Positions 51,076-60,485 of a stretch of 64,000 nucleotides of DNA are shown here, piece by piece (position 1 is the first letter of the stretch; every line of letters starts with the position of its first letter). The position numbers were made by a program, and so were the translations under genes. Under the pieces are notes generated by a model. That model was not told where the DNA came from. It ran no database searches and saw nothing but the letters and a program-made list of their open reading frames with translations. The stretch is from Candidatus Poribacteria bacterium. Its GTDB lineage: Bacteria; Poribacteria; WGA-4E; WGA-3G. The stretch spans positions 3,872,001 to 3,936,000 of the forward strand of contig CBDANF010000003.1 of the NCBI GenBank assembly GCA_965197475.1, written 5' to 3'.

Positions 51076-51336
51076 ATGCAAAAACAACAAATTGCAGCGA
51101 GTTACCAACGGTTCCACGTCATTGCGTACGATTTGGATGAGACAGAAGACCTCAAAGCTGAGTGTAAGGCGCAATTGGGTGAAGGTGTTCGACTCGCTGA
51201 CTAGAACAACATAGTTGCATACTGCAAAGCGGGCGGCTTGATGGAGGATTTCATCGCGGCCCTTAAGATACTGCTTGAGTATGTCAATCCGGAGGATATG
51301 GACCCGATACCGACTACCTCCTACCGCATTTCATGA
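51076..51336 (+). pseudogene. Small ORF with an internal TAG
   Basis: AAGGAG RBS; MQKQQIAASYQRFHVIAYDLDETEDLKAECKAQLGEGVRLAD*NNIVAYCKAGGLMEDFIAALKILLEYV…; TAG at 51202-51204. Confidence 0.6.
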
Positions 51337-51737
51337 ACGAGGAACTTTGATGGGATGGGGATCGCCACTATTTCTTTGCGCGGCACGACCACACCAAGTG
51401 GGCAGATTTTTTGCCACACAACAATATTGATAATTATCATCTGACATTGGGTTCATGGTTCGGAGAGGGTGCCTTTGCACTCTGCTTTGGAGATTTGGAT
51501 AGCACGGTGGCACCTCCTGAGCCAGATACCACCGAACCGGTGCTGACACTGAGCGGCTGCTGACTCTAATGACACTCAATTTTAAAATTCAACGCTAAGA
51601 CAGGATACCTAACTTTAACGTGGGCACAAATCAAGTCCGCGAGATAGTATATCACTGCTTGTAGGCACGGTTGGAAACCGCGCCTACAAAATATTTCCTT
51701 ATTTTAGATTTTAATATATACAAGGGTTTCCGATAGA

Positions 51738-52754
51738 CTACGCCCACGGATCCAGCACGACCTTACCACACTCACCTGTCGACTGCAATTCCCACGCTTT
51801 CTGTACTTCACGCATTGGGAAAGTATGGGTGATGTAGGTGTTTAATTTATCGGTTGATTCTTGGATAACCTTCATCAATTTTGGATAGAAACCGAGGTTG
51901 TAGTGCCAATTCCCCCGTAAAACTAGACCTTTACGAATCATATCTCTGCTTGCGGCAAGCGGAAATTCTCCACCTTCTCCAACGAACGTAACCTGACCCT
52001 TTCTTCGGGCTGCATCAACCATCAACCGATGTGCTGCAGATGCGCCTGAGCAGTCAACTGCTTTGTCAATTCCGATACCGTTTGTCAACTCGCGAATTTG
52101 ATTGAGAATATCTTCATCATTTGGGTTTAGGACGACTTCTGCGCCTAACTTTTTGGCGAGTTCGGCACGGTAGGGATGGCTTTCTACACCGATAACACGC
52201 GCACCACGATAACTAGCATTGATGATACCACCAAGTCCTACAGGACCTAAACCGGTTACCATCACAGTATCCAACGCATCGACTTGCATCTGTTCCATTG
52301 CACCAAATGTCGGTCCGAGTCCACAGCATGCCATTCCACCGTGTGCATAACTCATTCCATCAGGAATTGGAAATAGCAGATCCTCCATTTTATGCATATA
52401 CTGTGCATAAGTCGCACCAGCAGGATCTGTTCCGAGTATTTCCCGAATGTTACGCCCACCAGTACAGTGAATATGCTCGCCGGTAACACACATATTGCAC
52501 TTGCCACAAGCGTTCTGTGGTTGCACAACGACGTGATCCCCTACCTTGACACGACCAGGTTGTGCCACTTCAACGACTTCACCCGCTGCTTCGTGACCAA
52601 AGTGTTCACCTGTACCACCGCCTTTAAATCCTTTATATTCAGTACACATCGGAACGGCATGAATTTTAACGACTACGACATCCCCAGCTGCCTTGGGATC
52701 AGGTTTGTCAACCACGCCACCTTTACCTTCACCAAACATTGCTGCTACTTTCAT
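51738..52754 (-). CDS. Zinc-dependent medium-chain alcohol dehydrogenase
   Basis: GHEAAGEV, CGKCNMC…C, GLGPVG, GKVVL. Confidence 0.92.
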   Translation of the reverse strand: MKVAAMFGEGKGGVVDKPDPKAAGDVVVVKIHAVPMCTEYKGFKGGGTGEHFGHEAAGEVVEVAQPGRVKVGDHVVVQPQNACGKCNMCVTGEHIHCTGGRNIREILGTDPAGATYAQYMHKMEDLLFPIPDGMSYAHGGMACCGLGPTFGAMEQMQVDALDTVMVTGLGPVGLGGIINASYRGARVIGVESHPYRAELAKKLGAEVVLNPNDEDILNQIRELTNGIGIDKAVDCSGASAAHRLMVDAARRKGQVTFVGEGGEFPLAASRDMIRKGLVLRGNWHYNLGFYPKLMKVIQESTDKLNTYITHTFPMREVQKAWELQSTGECGKVVLDPWA

Positions 52755-52997
52755 ATATATGTTTACCAAAACTCTCCGATACCTAACAAAGTAGGTATTC
52801 TGATACGGAGATAAAGACATTCCTCCTTCTAAAATGTGTTAATACCATACCATAGTCAATAAAATCTGTCAAGCAGTAATTTCACTCAATTTGAAGCATT
52901 TAGGTATCCTATAGCTTCTACCTTCGGGCACAACTCCCTGACTAAAACGGATAAAATCTATTACCGACAAACATTTCTATATTTCTATCTAGGATCA

Positions 52998-53123
52998 TTT
53001 AGTTTTAGGTTTTCAGAATGCAACATTGGGACTTAGCGCACTATAATTCGCGTAAATTGGGGTTACAAACCCCTCCCACAAGAATAATTCACGCTGATTT
53101 TCAAGAAACCGCGGAAAACTGAA
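52998..53123. repeat. MITE-like element carrying a REP (GGGGTTACAAACCCCTCCCACAA)
   Basis: Termini shared with 50909-51014; REP shared with 50281-50304. Confidence 0.5.
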
Positions 53124-53148
53124 TGGCTCTGTGTTATGATGTATAGTC

Positions 53149-53177
53149 TTGACATTTTTCAGATGCAAATATATAAT
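53149..53177 (+). promoter_or_regulatory. Consensus sigma70 promoter
   Basis: TTGACA (53149-54), 17-bp spacer, TATAAT (53172-77). Confidence 0.8.
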
Positions 53178-53361
53178 ACTTTGTGGGTGAGACTGTCCAG
53201 GGAACTAAGCATTGAACATTAACGCAAATCCGGCACGAATAGGTGTCACAGTAGGAACAGACTTAGAATACACGACAATGAACCGCGCCATTGCTGATAG
53301 AGATCATGGAAGTGTAACTATGAGGCACAGAGGCATTTCAATTAAACTGCTTATACTTGTA

Positions 53362-53670
53362 ATACCATTTCTAAGAGATTATATTGCATTATTTCGTCCG
53401 TCGGGTAGAGTTTGCGATACCCTTATGCGTCGATTTTAGTGTTATGCGGTGGAAAAAATGGACACCTGTCGCCCCTCTGGGGCTTGGTAAACACAGACAT
53501 CAGCTTCTATACACCTATCGCCTCTCCGAGGCTATAATCAATCGTATCTCAGCACCAGCGGTGCGGAAGGTGTATAGAAAAGTATACCACAAGAAACCAA
53601 GCACCAGCGGTGCGAAAGGTGTATGGTATAAAACAAGCTATTATGATATTTTGTCAATTAGATATGGTAT
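53362..53670. mobile_element. MITE with IS630-type ends
   Basis: ATACCATTTCTAA … TTAGATATGGTAT; left end identical to the IR of the IS630 at 27993; cargo of CGCCCCTCTGGGGCT and GCACCAGCGGTGCG modules. Confidence 0.7.
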
Positions 53671-53930
53671 AAGTTGATTCAGCGATATTGTTCGACGTTT
53701 TCATGGTCTCAACGATCCGTTCCAACCAACTGATAAGGATTTCCTGAAAGCGAAAAAGCATTGACTATCTGGTGAGCCAGCGAATAAACTGGCGACGACA
53801 TGGGCATCTATTAAGAATCGCTTCTAACATATTTCATGGTAGATAGGTGATGGTTTTCAGCAACAGGCAGAGTTGTACTTCTAAAGCCGTATTTTAAGAG
53901 GTCTACAACTCTGTCCACTTCAATCATTTC

Positions 53931-55268
53931 ATGTTGAACAATGATTCCCAACCTCAAACCTCCCTCTTCAAGCACGTCCTGCTTATTACACTCCTCAGCC
54001 TTATAGGACGTGTTGGCACATTTTTTCTCATCGACGTTGCCCTCGGTAATTGGTTCGGCGATACTGCGGAGATGGATTTTATCTACTACTATTGGGGCAT
54101 CGCTGCATTTCTTATTGAGTTGCTTAGTGCTGCTTCTGCTTACTCTGTCCTCGTTCCTTTGTTAGCGGAAGCGCGTGCGAAAGGCGAAATAGAGGCACAA
54201 CGTTGTGTCCAATCCATTCTTTCGCGTTATATGATGTTAATGCCGTGGCTATGCTGTCTATTAGCCTCTATTTCATGGGGAATCTCGCAACTTTTTTTTT
54301 CAAACGCGGGACTTACGGTTTCTACTGCTATCGGCATTGTTTGTGGATTCCTCTGCTTCACAATTATCGCATCTGTCCGCTGGATGCTCAAGGCGATTTT
54401 AGACACCTACCAAGCATTTCATCTACCCGTGATTGTGCAGGGGTTACGCGCTGTCCTTGTGATAGGAACTATATTTTTATGTAAACCGTATATGAGTTGG
54501 TTTAGCATTCCGCTTGCCTTAATCATCGGTGAACTGTTTCAAGCAATAATTCTATTTCAACGATGTGGTGTTATCCTTAAACTTCCGTTGCGCGATTTTT
54601 TTAGTCTGAAACGCAACACTTCAGATGCAACGGATGTTCCATACCCCAAACTATTTCTGCGACAATGCCTCCTGATGATGGGTGCCGCTATATCAGACGG
54701 ATTAAATCCTGTTGTTGACAGAGGCATGGCAAGCACACTCGGAGCGAGTTCAGTCTCAAAACTTTACTATGCACTCCGTTTGTGTGCTATTCCTGAAACG
54801 CTGACAGGCGTGACGCTTCCCGTTCTACTTTCACATTGGGCAAAGATATCCTCATCAGAAAATGTAAAGCAGCTGCAGCAAAGTGTATGGAGAGGTGTTT
54901 TGATGGTGATCGTTCTGATGGTGCCGTTTCTACTCGGTTTTTATGTTTTCCGGTCAGATATTGTGTCACTATTATATGGGCATGGGAAATTGTCTGTAGA
55001 GGGACAAAGTCATATTGCTTCCCTGCTTGGTATTTACCTAATCGGAACGCTTCCGAGACTAATTAGCAGATTGCTTGTCCGTGCGCATCTCGCACGTCAA
55101 GACCATTTGACAGTTGTCACAGCAACGCTTATCAGACTTATCCTGAATCCGGTTCTCAATTGGATTTTCATGCAGTATTGGGGATTAGAAGGGATTGCTT
55201 GGTCAACAGCGTTGCTCTCTTATCCGATTCTTGCTTATATTGCGATTGAATTCTGGCGCAAAAGCTAA
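53931..55268 (+). CDS. murJ: MurJ/MviN-like (MOP superfamily) flippase
   Basis: Many TM helices; VVDRGMASTLG..SVSKLYYALRL…P, IVSLLYGHGK, GLEGIAWSTAL. Confidence 0.7.
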   Translation: MLNNDSQPQTSLFKHVLLITLLSLIGRVGTFFLIDVALGNWFGDTAEMDFIYYYWGIAAFLIELLSAASAYSVLVPLLAEARAKGEIEAQRCVQSILSRYMMLMPWLCCLLASISWGISQLFFSNAGLTVSTAIGIVCGFLCFTIIASVRWMLKAILDTYQAFHLPVIVQGLRAVLVIGTIFLCKPYMSWFSIPLALIIGELFQAIILFQRCGVILKLPLRDFFSLKRNTSDATDVPYPKLFLRQCLLMMGAAISDGLNPVVDRGMASTLGASSVSKLYYALRLCAIPETLTGVTLPVLLSHWAKISSSENVKQLQQSVWRGVLMVIVLMVPFLLGFYVFRSDIVSLLYGHGKLSVEGQSHIASLLGIYLIGTLPRLISRLLVRAHLARQDHLTVVTATLIRLILNPVLNWIFMQYWGLEGIAWSTALLSYPILAYIAIEFWRKS

Positions 55269-56011
55269 ACCTTTAAAAAACACTCTGGGTGATTAGACGT
55301 GATACCCTGCACGCCGAAAGCGCACATTTGACGTATACGTTCGATATCATCCACTGTCCAACTCCATAGTGTTATACCACGTCGGCGGACTTCGTAAGCG
55401 AATTCAGCGGTTATCAGTTGGTGATTGACGTTAAGCAGACTGCTTCCGAGTGAACCGAGTTGCTGGCACAACTGGATAGGGTGTGTGTGTTCGTTGCTAC
55501 TCCCGATAAGCCAGCCTGTTGGGATTCGTGGTTCTAAGGAGCGAACAGTTTGTAAAACGGCGGAATGGAAGGAGATAACAACGGTCAGTTCAAGCACGTT
55601 CATCTCTCGGATTTTTTCTACAACTGCTTCAGTGATCAAAGAATCCTTAATCTCCAAAACCGCAATTGCTTTGTCTGTGATACATTCTAATGCTTCTGCA
55701 AGTGTCGGTACCGGTTCACCTGCAAACTGTTCATCAAACCATGCCCCCGCATCTGCCTGCTTGATAGTTTCTAAGGTTGTTTGTTTTATTGGACCGTGCA
55801 TGTCTGTTGTTCTATCCAAGGAAGGATCGTGTATCACAACAATTTCACCGTCGGCGGTGCCGTGCAGGTCAAATTCAACGGCATCCACGCCGATCTCAAT
55901 CGCTTTCTTGAATGCCGCAAGCGTATTTTCTGGCGCACTCCCCGATGCCCCTCGATGTGCAATACGAATGCACGCATCCATAATGTCCTGTTTTCTATTA
56001 TATGTTGTCAC
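55265..56011 (-). CDS. Glycerophosphodiester phosphodiesterase
   Basis: IAHRGASGSAPENTLAAF, EFDLH, VIHD, WTVD, GITSNHP. Confidence 0.95.
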   Translation of the reverse strand: MTTYNRKQDIMDACIRIAHRGASGSAPENTLAAFKKAIEIGVDAVEFDLHGTADGEIVVIHDPSLDRTTDMHGPIKQTTLETIKQADAGAWFDEQFAGEPVPTLAEALECITDKAIAVLEIKDSLITEAVVEKIREMNVLELTVVISFHSAVLQTVRSLEPRIPTGWLIGSSNEHTHPIQLCQQLGSLGSSLLNVNHQLITAEFAYEVRRRGITLWSWTVDDIERIRQMCAFGVQGITSNHPECFLKV

Positions 56012-57425
56012 GATGCTTGTTTATCTTTTTTCTGAGAGTCGTGCGGCTGATGCCGAGTAATTCGGCAGTTTTGCTATGATTATCCGAGCATTCATCTAAT
56101 GCAAGTTCAATAAGCGTTTCTTCCAACAGTGCTACAATATCATTGAAAAATCGCGGTCTGCCTTCGGCAATAGCTGCTTTCGTCATGTCTTGTAAAATAG
56201 ATTTTAATGAGGTTTCCAGATGTGAAATGTTAGAGGTATCAGTGCTGCGACCTGAGTGTATTTCCGAGGGTAGGTCATCTGGCAGAATTACATCTGATCG
56301 AGAAAGTGCAGCTGCGCTTCTGAGGCAGTTTTCCAATTCTCGAACATTACCCGGCCAAGTATAATTTTGTATCAGTTCCATGCCTTCTTCTGAGATACCA
56401 CGGATCGGTTTGCCGAGTTCAGTTTGGATGAGTTGTAAGAAATGCGTGACAAGCAGCGGAATATCTTCCTGTCGTTCCCGCAAAGGGGGAAGATGGATTG
56501 AGATACGTTTGAAACGGTAGTAGATATCCGTGCGGAACTGCCCAAGTTCAACCATCTGTCCAAGTTCCCGATTCGTAGCGGCGATGACACGGACATCTAC
56601 TTTAAGGGTTTGCGTTCCACCTAACCTTTCAATTTCTTGTGTTTGTAATGTCCGTAGCAATTTGACCTGCAATGCGGGGCTCATGTTAGCGACTTCATCA
56701 AGAAAAAGCGTACCGCCATCTGCTAATTCAAATCGCCCGGGTTTTCCCTCTGCTTTAGCATCGGTGAAGGCACCTGCTTCGTAGCCGAACAATTCACTCT
56801 CTAACAGTCCATCGGGAAGCGCGCCACAATCAACTGGAATAAACGGTTCATCTTTGCGTTCACTTCCTGCGTGAATTGCGCGTGCGACGAGGTCTTTTCC
56901 TGTGCCTGTTTCACCTTCAATTAGCACTGTTGTAGTGTTGCTCGCCATCACGCCGATGAGTTTGTAAATTTCTCGCATCTGCTCGCTTTTTCCAACGAGT
57001 TGATGCCCGCGTTGCTCCATTGGAGAATCGCGATCAGTTTCCGTTGGCAAAGTGCTTCGAACGGATTGCGTTCGGAAGGCGCGCTCAAGCACGCTTCTCA
57101 CGACATCTAAATCGATCGGTTTAGGGACAAAATCGAAGGCGTGTAAACGCATTGCCTCTATTGTTGTATCCACATCGTCATAAGCAGTAATTATAACGAC
57201 AATTACCCACGGGTGGTGCGTCTTAATTTCTTCCAATGCCTCCAAGCCGCTCATCCCCGGTAATTTGACATCAAGCAAAACCACGTCCGGCTTGTCTGAT
57301 GCAATGCGCCGTAAACCCTCCTCAGCACTGTTCGCGATGCTGGCGTTATAACCTTCACCTTCCAGAAACTGCTTAAATGCCCAACAGATCTTCTCGTCGT
57401 CGTCAATTACCAATACATTTTTCAT
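55998..57425 (-). CDS. NtrC-family sigma-54-dependent response regulator
   Basis: Receiver domain, GETGTGKD, GAFTDA, WPGNVRELEN, HTH. Confidence 0.95.
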   Translation of the reverse strand: MKNVLVIDDDEKICWAFKQFLEGEGYNASIANSAEEGLRRIASDKPDVVLLDVKLPGMSGLEALEEIKTHHPWVIVVIITAYDDVDTTIEAMRLHAFDFVPKPIDLDVVRSVLERAFRTQSVRSTLPTETDRDSPMEQRGHQLVGKSEQMREIYKLIGVMASNTTTVLIEGETGTGKDLVARAIHAGSERKDEPFIPVDCGALPDGLLESELFGYEAGAFTDAKAEGKPGRFELADGGTLFLDEVANMSPALQVKLLRTLQTQEIERLGGTQTLKVDVRVIAATNRELGQMVELGQFRTDIYYRFKRISIHLPPLRERQEDIPLLVTHFLQLIQTELGKPIRGISEEGMELIQNYTWPGNVRELENCLRSAAALSRSDVILPDDLPSEIHSGRSTDTSNISHLETSLKSILQDMTKAAIAEGRPRFFNDIVALLEETLIELALDECSDNHSKTAELLGISRTTLRKKINKHRDNI

Positions 57426-57451
57426 GATAATCCATCACTCGTTTGGCATCC

Positions 57452-58759
57452 TCACGCCTTTTGTCGATTTCCACCCTCTATTGAAAGCAGAAATTTTTTC
57501 CCATCATCACTCATCTCAGGTTCATCTGCTTCCGATGCTTTTACCTCAAGTTTTTTCTTGAGTACAGGGTAAGAATCTACTATTGGAGTTTCACTCAGAG
57601 ATGTCAAAGCAGGTTTACATGCTTCAGCTGCTGTGATTGTATCCGCGAGCCGCTCATTTTTTCGCTTGTTGTGTGCTGCATCCCGTGCTTTGAAATCCGG
57701 TATAACTTGTTCCGCAAATAGTTCTAACGATTCGCATATATCTTCGTGTCGGTTCATTCCAGCTTGCTGAATGAAAACGACCTGATCAACCCCCGCGTTC
57801 TCCATTATCTCTAAATGTTCACGTACTTGGTCAGGAGTTCCAATTCCCGCACGTGCTTCAGCGGGGTCTTGCTTTAAATGTCTATACAGTTTCCAAATAT
57901 CCGTTTCTCCCGGAATTTGTGATCCATTATAATAGTAGTGCGCAAGGGCAAATCGGAAGAAACGTAATCCATCTAAACCGCGGGCGAGGGCAATATCCTC
58001 GTTGGTATGGCAGGAAAAACCGGACACCATCGCAATGTTCGGGTTTACCCTTTGTGTCAGAGGTGTGCATTCGTTTTCAAAGATTTCATAATATTCCTCA
58101 ACCCAGAATTTAGCTTCGTTTGCATCAACAAAGGCAAAGGTTAGCGCGCCTAATCCATGTCTGGCGGCGTATCGGAGACTCTCTCTGCTGGAGCAGGCTA
58201 TCCATGGTCGCGGGTGTGGTGTTTGCAAAGGTTTCGGGACAACGTTGCGAGGCGGCATTGAAAAATGCTTTCCGTCATAACCCGCATAAGGTGCCTGCGT
58301 CATCATTTTAGCAGTTTCGCGTGTACATTCCTCCCACATCTCTCGCTTACATTTTGGGTCAATGTTGAATCCACCGAGTTCCATGTGTGATGCCGATTCG
58401 CCTGTTCCCCATTCTACACGTCCGTTTGACACCAGGTCAAGCGTAGCAATACGTTCGGCTACACGTGCAGGGTGATTATATGCTGGTGGCATCAGGACAA
58501 TTCCATGCCCAAGCCGAATCTGCTTTGTGCGCTGGCTACATGCTGCGAGAAATACCTCTGGTGCAGAAGAATGTGAATACTCTTCAAGGAAGTGGTGTTC
58601 TACCTCCCAAATATAGTCAAATCCAAGTTTGTCAGCCAATTCTACTTGGTCTAAAGCATCTTGGAAAAGTTTGTGTTCTGCCCCTTCTTCCCATGGGCGT
58701 GGGATTTGGTGTTCATAAAACAACCCGAATTTCATGCGTTTATGTTGTTCCTTTCTCAC
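57452..58759 (-). CDS. Luciferase-like (LLM-class) flavin-dependent oxidoreductase
   Basis: MKFGLFYE, WEVEHHF, HPARVAERIATLDLVSNGRVEWGTG, PKPLQTPHP. Confidence 0.93.
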   Translation of the reverse strand: MRKEQHKRMKFGLFYEHQIPRPWEEGAEHKLFQDALDQVELADKLGFDYIWEVEHHFLEEYSHSSAPEVFLAACSQRTKQIRLGHGIVLMPPAYNHPARVAERIATLDLVSNGRVEWGTGESASHMELGGFNIDPKCKREMWEECTRETAKMMTQAPYAGYDGKHFSMPPRNVVPKPLQTPHPRPWIACSSRESLRYAARHGLGALTFAFVDANEAKFWVEEYYEIFENECTPLTQRVNPNIAMVSGFSCHTNEDIALARGLDGLRFFRFALAHYYYNGSQIPGETDIWKLYRHLKQDPAEARAGIGTPDQVREHLEIMENAGVDQVVFIQQAGMNRHEDICESLELFAEQVIPDFKARDAAHNKRKNERLADTITAAEACKPALTSLSETPIVDSYPVLKKKLEVKASEADEPEMSDDGKKFLLSIEGGNRQKA

Positions 58760-58793
58760 AGTTTAGTCCGAAGTTACAGCACATAATGTGTAT

Positions 58794-59573
58794 CTACTCC
58801 TTTTCGAGTGTCTGCATTTCCGCTTCTGTTAACTGCCATTCAAAGATGTCTAAATTCTCACGTAGATGTGGCTCCGAACCAGATTTAGGAATTGTAATAA
58901 TTCCTTTCTGTATCAGCCAACGTAATGCGACTTGTGCTGCAGTCTTTCCGTGTCTGTTTCCGATTTTTGTTAGTTCCGTGTCTCCCGCAAGGTTTCCCAC
59001 GGCGAGCGGTCGGTGAGCGGTGATAGGAATGTTGCGTGTTGCGCAATAATCTCGCAACTCTTCCTTGTTGTTCCGGACATGATATTCAACCTGATTTGTG
59101 CAAATTGGAAGTTCAGATATCTCACACGCCCGTTTCACTTGTGCGATGCTAAAATTGCTGATGCCGATGCTTTTCACTTTGCCTGCATCGTATATTTCTT
59201 GGAAGGCAGCAAAAGTTTCCTCAAACGGCACAGCGTCACTTGGCCAATGGATTAGTAGCAGGTCAACATAGTCCACCTGTAAATCACTTTGACATATATC
59301 AAATTGCGCGAGCACATCGGCCTGTTTAAGATGGGTGTGCCAAATTTTAGAGGTGACAAAGAGTTGCTCACGTTCAACGCGAATATCTTGCAGTGCTTTC
59401 CCAATTGACCGCTGGTTTTCATACATCCACGCTGTATCAATATGGGTATATCCCAATTCAATTGCTTTTTTGATAATTCGCTCGCACTGCTTACCTTTTA
59501 GTCGCCAGGTTCCTAAGCCTAACATCGGTATTTCGTGTCCTGATGCAAGTTTAATATTTTTCATAGGTTTCAA
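58794..59573 (-). CDS. Aldo/keto reductase
   Basis: LGLGTW, IDTAWMY, DLLLIHWP, IGISNF, IPKS. Confidence 0.95.
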   Translation of the reverse strand: MKPMKNIKLASGHEIPMLGLGTWRLKGKQCERIIKKAIELGYTHIDTAWMYENQRSIGKALQDIRVEREQLFVTSKIWHTHLKQADVLAQFDICQSDLQVDYVDLLLIHWPSDAVPFEETFAAFQEIYDAGKVKSIGISNFSIAQVKRACEISELPICTNQVEYHVRNNKEELRDYCATRNIPITAHRPLAVGNLAGDTELTKIGNRHGKTAAQVALRWLIQKGIITIPKSGSEPHLRENLDIFEWQLTEAEMQTLEKE

Positions 59574-59919
59574 GATAGGTTTTCAAGTATACCCAAACAC
59601 TCCTTTTTATTGCATGATAGCCAATTCTGGAAAAAAGTCAAGAGAAATATGGTGTGTGGGCCTGTAAAGTTTAAGGGTATTGCCTAACTAATGGTATTCG
59701 GTTGTGGTTTTCCTTCGAGATTTAAGATGTCAAACACATTGCCATTGGTAGGCGCGCCTCTTACTCTTGCGTAGAGAACTTGTGTAACAAAAACTTTACA
59801 CGCCCTTGTTGATGTGTCCATATTTGATGGAGTGTGTTGCTTGACGGCTCGGGTAGTTCATAGGGATGCCTTTGATAGGTTGGTTGTTTCTCAGATACAA
59901 AGGGGCAACGCTTATCAGA

Positions 59920-59983
59920 AGAAGTCAAGAAAAAAATCGTCAAATATTTTTTTCTTGACTTCTTTGACCAAATATGTTATTAT
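59920..59983 (+). promoter_or_regulatory. Sigma70 promoter embedded in an inverted repeat
   Basis: TTGACT (59955-60), 17 bp, TATTAT (59978-83); IR AGAAGTCAAGAAAAAAAT…ATTTTTTTCTTGACTTCT. Confidence 0.55.
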
Positions 59984-60095
59984 TTTTCCAATTGATGCCG
60001 AATTTTTGCGCGGTTAAAAAGGGGACCGCTAATTCTTGTACCATTATTTTAGTCAAAACTCTCCGCAGGAAACCACCAATAAAGGGGAAACGGAT

Positions 60096-60485
60096 ATGAT
60101 GGAATTTGTAAAAGACTATTGGAAATCTTCTCTACTCGGTGCGCTTGGGGCACTCGTGTTACTCTATATCGGACTTTTTATTTACGATGGACTGACCCCG
60201 AGCACAACACGAGAAGTAGAAGATGCAAACACCCACAACACTGCAAAACCACCTCCACCCGGTGCAGCACATGGCGGACACTGGCACGGAGATGAATGGC
60301 ACGACGCACCGCATATCCCGCCGCCAAAGATCAAACGCGTGCGTACCAAGACAAATACCCGCCAAAACCGTGCACTGAAGAACATTGGACCCATCCTCCC
60401 CATCACATGTGCTATTCCAGCACCACCACCTCTCCCAGCAGATATCCAGACGCGCCTTAACCAGATATATAAAAAAACGCAATAA
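60096..60485 (+). pseudogene. Membrane-anchored His/Trp-motif protein truncated by an IS
   Basis: TM helix then PPPG…HGGHWHGDEWHDAPH; the stop codon lies inside the IS inverted repeat. Confidence 0.65.
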
